Source: Alphaproteobacteria bacterium (lineage in GTDB: Bacteria; Pseudomonadota; Alphaproteobacteria; Bin95). From it: 64,000 nt of DNA. Numbering within the stretch: position 1 is the first letter of the stretch; each line of letters opens with the position of its first letter. The notes under the pieces are model-generated. The model was not told the DNA's origin, did not search any database, and saw only the letters and a program-made list of their open reading frames with translations. Below are positions 48,321-56,323 of the stretch, in pieces. A program made the translations under genes and the position numbers. The stretch spans positions 1,248,001 through 1,312,000 of the forward strand of contig OZ224045.1 in NCBI GenBank assembly GCA_963665325.3, given 5' to 3'.

Positions 48321-48695
48321 GGTCGTGTCCCCAAGCGTGGTGTAGCTGACGGCTGGTTGCCACGATCTCCGGCAAGGCCGGTTTGATCAGCGCGCCACAG
48401 CAGGCAGACTGAGCAGGTGATCGTCGCTCATCTGGCTGATGGTTTCCAGGGTCATGTACCTGGCGCACTGACCGGCCCATTCGTCGTTCTGCTCGAGCTA
48501 GAGGGCGCCGACCAGACGGACGATCACGTCGTCGTTGAGGGAGATGCCGACCACGTCCGTACTGTGCTTGATCTCGCCGTTGAGACGCTCGATCAGATAC
48601 GTGCTGCGGAGCTTCGTCCGGTGCTCCTTGGGCAAGGTCGTGAAGGCCAGCAGGTCGGTCTCCGCGTCGTCCATTATGGCGGCGAGCTTGAAGAT
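48321..48695 (-). pseudogene. IS256-family transposase 3' remnant and end
   Basis: AETDLLAF...KLRST..IERLNGEIK..TDVVGI...RLVGAL*LEQNDEW; internal stop; terminal CTACACCAC...GGGACACGACC. Confidence 0.8.
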
Positions 48696-48999
48696 CTTCG
48701 TGAAACATGTGACGGCCACGTGTTGTCGGGTGTTGCGGCTAATCTGTGGCGCTGACACAACTTATTGGAAACAAAGTAGTTTTGGACACAACGGGAAGTC
48801 CGAATGGTAGGATCCAGGGTTCCCACAGGAATTCCAATCCCCTCTGTTACCGACCATCTCATTACGCGCGCCATGGGCTCGGACGGCGACGACAATACTA
48901 TCGGCCGTCGGTAGCCGTTGGTCATACCGGCGCCTCTCCGTTCTTCGATCCGGCTCGACCTGCACCCGCAACCGCAATCGACCGGCAATTGCCGGACAA

Positions 49000-49061
49000 T
49001 CAGTCCTCGCGGGCCTCGACGACCACGCGCTTGCGGCCCCGTCGAACGATATAGCCACCCC
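49000..49061 (-). pseudogene. 3' stub of a paralog of the 54045-54308 small protein
   Basis: GGYIVRRGRKRVVVEARED* versus GGYVVRRGRGRVIVEARPD*; truncated exactly at IS21 copy 2. Confidence 0.75.
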
Positions 49062-49171
49062 TGTTAACGGCGGCGGAATAATGCTCCACAGGAAGCGCCC
49101 GGTTGGTCGGGTCGCGGCGGCGCAAAATTGCGCCAGTGATGCCCCCTTGTCCGTTTGGTCGGGGGCGGGGG

Positions 49172-50674
49172 ATGTATGGGGTGGAGCTTTACGCAGCGGT
49201 ACGACTTGCGGTTGTCGAGGAGGGTCTGAGCCATCATGAGGCCGGTCGGCGGTTCGGGATCGACCGTCGCACGGTGAAGAAGATGCTGAGCTATTCGGCG
49301 CCGCCGGGCTATCGGCGCCGGAAGCCGGTGCGTCGTCCGAAGCTGGACGGGTTCACCGGGATCGTCGATGCGATCCTGGAGGGGGACCGGGCGCCGGACG
49401 TGCCGGTCAAGCAGCGGCACACGGCGCACCGGATTTTCGAACGGCTGCGTGACGAGCACGGGTTCACGGGCGGCTACACCATCGTGAAGGACTATGTGCG
49501 CTCGCGGCGGCAGTCGTCGCGCGAGGCCTTCGTGCCGCTGCATCATCCGCCGGGCCATGCGCAGGTCGACTTCGGCGAGGCGGTGGTCGAGGTCGGCGGG
49601 CGGCGCGAGAAGGTGGCTGTCTTCTGCCTGATCCTGCCGCATAGCGACCTGTGGTTCGTGAAGGCCTATCCGAAGGAGACGACGGAGGCGTTCCTGGACG
49701 GCCATGTCAGCGCCTTCGCCTTCCTCGGCGGGGTTCCGCTTTCGGTGCTTTACGACAACACGACCCTGGCAGTGGCGCGGATCCTGGGCGACGGCACGCG
49801 TCAGCGCACGCGGGCGTTCACGCCTCTGCAGTCGCACTACCTGTTCCGCGACCGCTTCGGTCGTCCCGGCAAGGGCAACGACAAGGGCAAGGTGGAGGCG
49901 CTGGTGAAGACGGCGCGGCGCAAGTTCATGGTGCCGATCCCAAAGGTGCCCGATCTGGATGTTCTGAACGAGCGGCTTCTGGCGCGCTGCCTGGAGCGTC
50001 TCGACGCGCTGCAGCAGAGCGCGCAGGCGGCGGCGTTGCTCGCCGATCTCGACACCCTGCGCGATCTTCCGGGCGCGCCCTTCGAGGCGTGCGAGCATGT
50101 GCCGGGCCGCGTGTCCTCGACGGCGCTGGTGCGCTACCGGTCGGTGGACTACTCGGCCCCGGCGGTGCACGCCCACAAGAAGGTGACGATCAAGGGCTAT
50201 GTCGACCGGGTCGAGATCGCGCTCGGCGCCGGGATCGTCGCCCGCCACCGGCGTTCCTATGTCCGCGGCGACGTCGTTTACGACCCGCTGCACTATCTCT
50301 CGCTGCTGGAGAAGAAGCCGGGGGCGCTGGACCAGGCGGCGCCGTTGCGCGGCTGGAAGCTCGATCCAGCCTTCGACGCGTTGCGCCGCCTGCTCGAGGC
50401 GCGCTTCGGGCCGCGCGGCAAGCGGGACTACATCCAGACCCTGCGCCTGCTGGAGGACTTTCCGGAGCGCCAGGTGACGGCCGCGGTGCGGGACGCGGTG
50501 GCGCGCCGGCTGGTCGGCTTCGATGCCGTCAAGCACCTGCTGCTGGCGCGCATCGAGAAGCGTCCGGCCCATCTCGACCTGACGCGCTACCCGCACCTGC
50601 CGCAGCCCCTCGTCGCCGCCACCCGGGCCGGCGACTATGCCTCCCTGCTGGCCGGAGGGGGCAGTCGTGGCTGA
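49172..50674 (+). CDS. istA: IS21 transposase IstA
   Basis: Translation identical to 36556-38058. Confidence 0.94.
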   Translation: MYGVELYAAVRLAVVEEGLSHHEAGRRFGIDRRTVKKMLSYSAPPGYRRRKPVRRPKLDGFTGIVDAILEGDRAPDVPVKQRHTAHRIFERLRDEHGFTGGYTIVKDYVRSRRQSSREAFVPLHHPPGHAQVDFGEAVVEVGGRREKVAVFCLILPHSDLWFVKAYPKETTEAFLDGHVSAFAFLGGVPLSVLYDNTTLAVARILGDGTRQRTRAFTPLQSHYLFRDRFGRPGKGNDKGKVEALVKTARRKFMVPIPKVPDLDVLNERLLARCLERLDALQQSAQAAALLADLDTLRDLPGAPFEACEHVPGRVSSTALVRYRSVDYSAPAVHAHKKVTIKGYVDRVEIALGAGIVARHRRSYVRGDVVYDPLHYLSLLEKKPGALDQAAPLRGWKLDPAFDALRRLLEARFGPRGKRDYIQTLRLLEDFPERQVTAAVRDAVARRLVGFDAVKHLLLARIEKRPAHLDLTRYPHLPQPLVAATRAGDYASLLAGGGSRG

Positions 50675-51431
50675 GGCGCCCCGCATCCTGCTCGAACACC
50701 ACCTGAAGAAGCTCAAGCTGCCGACCGTCCTGCGGGAATACGAGAAGCTGGCCCGCCAGTGCGCGGCCGAGGGGCTGGATCATGTGCAGTTCCTCGCCCG
50801 GCTGGTGGAGATGGAGACGATCGACCGCGAGCGCCGCCTGGTCGAGCGCCGCATCCGGCAGGCCAGGTTCCCGGTCGTCAAGCAGCTCGAGAGCTTCGAC
50901 TTCAAGGCCATCCCCAGCCTCAACAAGATGCTGGTGCTCGACCTCGCGCGCGGCGATTACATCGAGCGGCGCGAGAACGCGATCCTGCTCGGCCCGAGCG
51001 GTGTGGGGAAGACGCACATCGCTCTGGCCCTCGGCCTCGCCGCCTGCCAGAAGGGCCTCGCCGTGCGCTTCACCACCGCCTCCCAGCTGGTCCACGAGAT
51101 GATCGAGGCGCGCGACGAGAAGAGGCTGCTCCGCCTCCAGGACCAGCTCGCCAGGGTCAGTCTGCTGATCGTCGACGAACTCGGATACGTGCCCCTCTCG
51201 CAGAGCGGAAGCGAGCTGCTGTTCGACATCTTCAGCCGCCGCTACGAAAACGGCGCCACAATCGTCACCTCGAACCTGCCCTTCCAGGAATGGACCTCGG
51301 TCTTCGCCAGCGAGCGGCTCACCGGCGCGCTGCTCGACCGCATCACCCACCATGTCCACATCCTGGAGATGAACGGCGAAAGCTACAGGCTCAAGCAAAG
51401 CCGGTCGCGACGACGGCCCCCCTCCGAATAA
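50667..51431 (+). CDS. istB: IS21 helper ATPase IstB
   Basis: Translation identical to 38051-38815. Confidence 0.95.
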   Translation: MAEAPRILLEHHLKKLKLPTVLREYEKLARQCAAEGLDHVQFLARLVEMETIDRERRLVERRIRQARFPVVKQLESFDFKAIPSLNKMLVLDLARGDYIERRENAILLGPSGVGKTHIALALGLAACQKGLAVRFTTASQLVHEMIEARDEKRLLRLQDQLARVSLLIVDELGYVPLSQSGSELLFDIFSRRYENGATIVTSNLPFQEWTSVFASERLTGALLDRITHHVHILEMNGESYRLKQSRSRRRPPSE

Positions 51432-52149
51432 CCCGCTTGCTCCCATAGACCACAGGTCCCTCCCACGCGCGGGTCGACGCCAGCCACATGGAGGGCGCGC
51501 CGCCCCGCGCGCGGGGCCCTCCCATGGACTATGGGGACAAGCTACCGCCAAGCCCGTGGTACATCTTTACGCCGCCCCGCCGGTACATTTTTGCTCCGCC
51601 GTTGACAGAATTCGCGGCCGATGGAGTCGCAGAACATGAACGACTGTTACAATGACCTTCCGATCGGCGAAACCCGAGCCCTGCTCCGGCATTGAGATCG
51701 ACGCCCCCGCTCGGTTCGCCTGGCCGTCCGTGGGCATGGGCCGGGGCTGTCTCCGGGCAATCCGGAACTCGCAACGTGATCGACTTGGGCCCAACTCCCG
51801 TCGCATGGCGATTCGGGCCGCCCGTTCTGTGAACGACTTCCACCATTGGTGGGCCCCTGGGGCCGGACAGTTTCATGCAGCGGCTTTGACCGGCCTGCGG
51901 CGGGTCCATCGTTGGCGCCGGCTCCGCAGAATCAGGAAGGCAGCAGCAAGGGCGAGGAAGACGAGCAGTTCCATATCCCGGCCCGCGTAGCATGTCTCCC
52001 CCGACCGCCGGCACACGGCGGCGGCCTTTTGGACCCGCCCGGTCGGCTCCGCCGCGGGCGCTTCGCACGGGACCCCTGCCGCCGACCCGAGCCCTGCGGC
52101 CGGCTCCGGCGCAAGAGGCGCAATGGTTGCCGCGTACGGCGAGACCCCG

Positions 52150-53409
52150 TCAGCGACCCGCCGGTGACGGGTGCAACCGCATGCGGGCGACCGTAAAGAC
52201 CGCGAGTGCGATGTGGACTGCCGCAGTGAAGGAGAAGAGACCGGCCGGTCCCATGAGGTTCATCGCGACCGAACCCGCGAGAGATCCGCTGACAGCGCCG
52301 AGCGAGAACAGCAGCAGCAAGCCGCTCGAAGCCTCGACGAAACCGCCGCTTTCAACCGAATCGTTCATATGCGCCGCGCAAAGCGTGTAAAGGGGAAGAG
52401 CGGACAGGCCGAACAGAAAGAAGAAGACGAACGGACCCAGCTCCCACCTCCAGATGCCGGCGCAAAGAGCCGCGCCGGCGCCGGCAATCGCGCCGGCAAT
52501 GCAGGCGAGAACCACGACGCCCCGCCTGTCGGTACGGTCCGACAACTGCGCGAGCGGCCACTGCGCCATGGCTCCCGCCATGACCGCGATGCTCATCAGG
52601 ACGGCCGCCAGGTCGCTACTCCAGAGGATGCCCGTCTGGACGAAGACGGGCGCCAGCGACCAGAACGCACCATTGGTCAGGCCGACCGCGGCAATGCCGG
52701 CGAACCCGACCCAGCACCGCCGACAGCGGCGAAGCACGCCAAGCCGGACCTCAGCGGGGCGGCATGGCGCCTCGGCCCGGCTGAAGGCAACGGGCAGGAC
52801 AGCGAGCGATATGAGGATCGACGCGCCTGCGAACAGGGCGAAGGTTCGGGGGTCGCCCAAGGTCAACAGCAACTGCCCGGCGGTGATGACGGTGAAGTTG
52901 ACGATCCTGTAAATCGAGAAGACGCGGCCGCGGTTCTCGTTGGTGGATTTTTCGTTCAGCCAGCTCTCGATGACCATGAACAGCACGGCGAGGCTGAACC
53001 CGGAAAGGGCTCTGCAGAACCACCAGACGGCAGGCGCGACCACCACGGCGTGCGCCAGTCCCAGCGCAGAAGCGAGCGACACCATGGCCGCGAAGGTCCG
53101 GACATGCCCGGCGCGGTGCACGACATGCGGGCCGGCGAAGCAGCCGATGCCGAACCCGAGGAAATAGGACGCTCCGAGAACGCCGATATCGAGCGTCGTG
53201 AAGCGTTCCGCATGGGCCCGGACCGGAAGGAGCAGGTTCTGGAGGCCGTTCCCCATCAGCAGAAAGGCGGTGCTGAAGAGCAGGGCCGCGATCGGGGCTA
53301 CAGTGCCGATGGCAAGGTGGACGCGCCCCGGGGGCGGTATGCCCGTCGTTACCCGGTCGCCGCGTCCGGCTGCAGGAGCCGGCGCGCCAGTGGTGCCGGC
53401 ATCCGGCAA
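52150..53409 (-). CDS. MFS transporter (YcaD-like)
   Basis: MGNGLQ..LLP, GHVRTFA, VIESWLN, QWPL..LSDRTDRR, PLY.LC.AH.ND; start uncertain. Confidence 0.88.
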   Translation of the reverse strand: MPDAGTTGAPAPAAGRGDRVTTGIPPPGRVHLAIGTVAPIAALLFSTAFLLMGNGLQNLLLPVRAHAERFTTLDIGVLGASYFLGFGIGCFAGPHVVHRAGHVRTFAAMVSLASALGLAHAVVVAPAVWWFCRALSGFSLAVLFMVIESWLNEKSTNENRGRVFSIYRIVNFTVITAGQLLLTLGDPRTFALFAGASILISLAVLPVAFSRAEAPCRPAEVRLGVLRRCRRCWVGFAGIAAVGLTNGAFWSLAPVFVQTGILWSSDLAAVLMSIAVMAGAMAQWPLAQLSDRTDRRGVVVLACIAGAIAGAGAALCAGIWRWELGPFVFFFLFGLSALPLYTLCAAHMNDSVESGGFVEASSGLLLLFSLGAVSGSLAGSVAMNLMGPAGLFSFTAAVHIALAVFTVARMRLHPSPAGR

Positions 53410-54044
53410 GCAGCGCTCACGACAGGGCGACTGCAGATTATCCTTGCGGTCGTCGGAGGCGATTTTCCAGCCTGCCTGTTTTGCAATCCGGTACAGAAGA
53501 TATGGAAAAGAAAACCAGACCTTTAAGGCTTCAGGTCGATATAATTAACTTATAGTCGGTAGATCAAGAACTTTCGAAAGCGTCGATTCTTCTGCCTCTC
53601 GAATGCGAACCGGACATTCCCTTAATTGCCTTCTGCCTGCACCGCTGCCCTTGGCACAGGGAATTTCGTGTTAAGGTAGGAGTGAAGGAAAGGCGCCTTC
53701 AGGGCCGCTTTTTTCAATCCTGAAGGTGAAGGAGCCGGGGAGCCGTGCTGGAAACAGATGGGAGATATATCCCCGGCGCAAGGGGTCCCATGGCATCGCA
53801 TGACGAAGCGTGATTCTGGACAACGCCGTGACACGTGATGAGGACGCAGGCCCAAGGTCGACAACGGATTTCGGTATCGCCCCCCGCGCCGAAAGTTATT
53901 GCCGAACCCCGGGCAATTTGACGAGGCAGGAAGGCTGGAAATACGATCGGCGCGGCCACGCCGACACAACAGCTCCGAACCGTTTCCGCACCCGGTTTGC
54001 GGGCAACTCCAGTCGAGGCCTTGCGGCGGTTTCAGTCCGACAGC

Positions 54045-54308
54045 CTAGTCCGGCCGGGCCTCGACGATCACGCGCCCGCGCCCGCGCCGGACGACATAGC
54101 CGCCTCGCCGGATCATCAGCTTGCCGTCTTGAACCAGGTCCCACAGAGCATCGGCGATAACGTCGGCGTCTTTATCGCCTTCCGGCTCATCACTTGCCTG
54201 GGCGAGCCATTTTGCAAATGCCTCGTCGGCAATGGCGGAACCCACAGATTTGCGAAGCGCGTTGAGCTTTCGAAGCTGGCCCTTTGTCAGGCTCGTCTCG
54301 TCGACCAT
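54045..54308 (-). CDS. Small hypothetical protein, 87 aa
   Basis: MVDETSLTKGQLRKLNALRKSVG...; a paralogous stub at 49000 supports coding status. Confidence 0.75.
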   Translation of the reverse strand: MVDETSLTKGQLRKLNALRKSVGSAIADEAFAKWLAQASDEPEGDKDADVIADALWDLVQDGKLMIRRGGYVVRRGRGRVIVEARPD

Positions 54309-54437
54309 GCGGCGAGGTCCTTTCGTATCTTTATGGCGAACGCGCACCGCAATTACAGATATCGAGATGACTGCACAACACTTTGTGCATGGCCGTACAA
54401 AATGTCGACCTGCACTGCAGGGCAAGCGCGCCCGCGA

Positions 54438-54516
54438 TGTTGGCGGAGCGGAACAATGCTCCACAGAAAGCGTCCGGTCGGTTTGGCGGCAGTACAATTG
54501 TGCTCCGCTGTTGACA
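54438..54516 (+). mobile_element. 79-bp miniature derivative of IS21-A (fused ends)
   Basis: TGTTGGCGGAGCGGAACAATGCTCCACAGAAAGCGTCCGGT matches the left end; GTACAATTGTGCTCCGCTGTTGACA matches the right end. Confidence 0.8.
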
Positions 54517-54670
54517 GCTCGGTGGGAAATGCACGAACGGAGCAGGCTTGTTCCAGCCGGAATTCCATTGTCGTGCATCCAGCCCAATGGCCCACCGATG
54601 TCGAGCCCGCGCGAAGGGATTGCAGCCTTGGGCCGAAAACCCTGCCTTCAGCCCTCCGGGAACCCGAAGT

Positions 54671-54910
54671 CTATTCTTTCCCGCCGATCAACTCGGCATG
54701 CGGGGCCAGATGTAGCGGTCCTGTCCTGCGGCGGTCGCCGCCAGCGCCCGTGATCCGCAGGAGTTCGAAAAGTACGCGGATCTCCGCCCCCGGCGTCTCG
54801 CGTTCCCAGCGTTCGACCAATGCGTCGGTGGCCTCGCGCGTTGCGCGATACCGCACATCGACGTTCCCACCCGGGCGAAAACGCTCCAGTCGATAGCGCA
54901 TCTCGTTCAT
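54671..54910 (-). CDS. Small hypothetical protein
   Basis: MNEMRYRLERFRPGG...; GGAGAGG upstream; no family recognised. Confidence 0.4.
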   Translation of the reverse strand: MNEMRYRLERFRPGGNVDVRYRATREATDALVERWERETPGAEIRVLFELLRITGAGGDRRRTGPLHLAPHAELIGGKE

Positions 54911-55424
54911 GACGACATTTCGACCTCTCCGCCCCCCTGCCCGGCAATGCACGGCGAAGGGTAGGCCACAATCTCCTGAGGGGGTCCTTGCAGCAGCAGG
55001 AGTCCCGAGCCTCCGATCAACCAACGCTCAGCCACCCGGAGCAATGGTGATGAGGTTACGACATCTGCTTCGCCTGGCACGGACAAACAGCTTTGTCACA
55101 TGGTCGCATTCGGGATCGGCAGCATCGTGACCGTTGCGGACGAATGGATGTCGACAGCAAGGCCGGCGACCCCGTTTGCATCTATTGGGACCTGGTCAAC
55201 GCAGGCCACACATGACCGAGGCGGCGGCAAGCCGTGTTCCGTTCGCGTGATAGCCTTTGCGAGAATTAGACCGGATCCCGGCCGGAGACCTCCTGGCGTC
55301 CGCCGACGTCTCCTGACGACGGACACGACGGCGAAAGCCGGAGAACAGCCTTGCGAGGGTGCGTGCGGGGCGGCCGGAGAGCGCCGCCCCCGCCGCGCCA
55401 ATGCAACCCTCGACGGAGACTGGC

Positions 55425-55644
55425 ATGAACCTGAATCGGCCCCAGGGCCGAACCGCTAATCCGGGAGATCCCACTGAGTTGGCTCGCGCTCGCCCCCGAG
55501 AACGTCCGCAAGACGCCGCCCGATCCCCGGGCCGACGCCAAGCTCAAGGCCTTGATCGCCGCGCTCGGCCTTCTGGAGAATCTCGTCGTCCGCACCGATG
55601 AGCCGTATGACGACCGCCCGACACGTAGTCTGATACGGTTGTGA
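55425..55644 (+). pseudogene. ParB/Spo0J N-terminal remnant
   Basis: REIPLSWLALAPENVRKT...LKALIAALGLLENLVVR; frameshift after ATG 55425; early stop. Confidence 0.7.
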
Positions 55645-56323
55645 TGAGTTCTTCCATCCCGCCACGCCGGCGGGATTCGGTCCGTCCGCCAACCTATCTC
55701 TGTAAGCCCCTTTTTCAAGGGGTCGATGTCACCGGGTCCAATATAACTTGTTGATATTATTCAATTGAACTTGTATTTTGGAAAAATGCCACAATGAGCG
55801 GACCCTCTCTGGCGGTGGGAGAGGGGATCGGAAATCATGTGGGGAATACGGACCGTTCCTTGTAAACATTTGAAGTAATTGATTAATTTTCAAGACTCCG
55901 TTCGAATTAAGTTGGCATTTTGCCGGCCGTCTTTGCTGTTTGGCGTCAGCTGCGGAAGCCGGCGCCGAAAACTGGTGGATCGACCACCTCACACGATGTT
56001 CTTCGGAGAACCGCGACAGCCACATCGTCAACGCGATAATCCAAATATGCATGCGTGCGAAGCGCGCCCCAGCGGAGATTGGCAAGCACAGCTCTCCTGT
56101 CGCGCCTCCCGAGGCCTGAGTGGTTGGATCAACCTTTGCGTCTGGGGTATGGCCAGCCGGGGCATGCGGGGTGTTGCGGAGCGGGGTCGTGACCGGACGA
56201 GTGCAGAGCAGGTCCGCCAAAGGCCTCGATAGCCAGCTGCGAGCGGGATTCCGTTGCATGCCGTGCAAAGCCGCAAACTGCCGAGGTTGCATTACGACTC
56301 CGGCCCTTACTGGATCGGATCCC

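Larger units (their letters stand above)
49062..51607 (+). mobile_element. IS21-family element A, copy 2 (2546 bp)
   Basis: Same ORFs at a constant offset of 12616; lacks the 13-bp duplication near the right end of copy 1. Confidence 0.93.

Noticed and set aside
51608-51690. IS5-like peptide ADRKVIVTVVHVLR on the minus strand
   Set aside because: Too short and divergent to call
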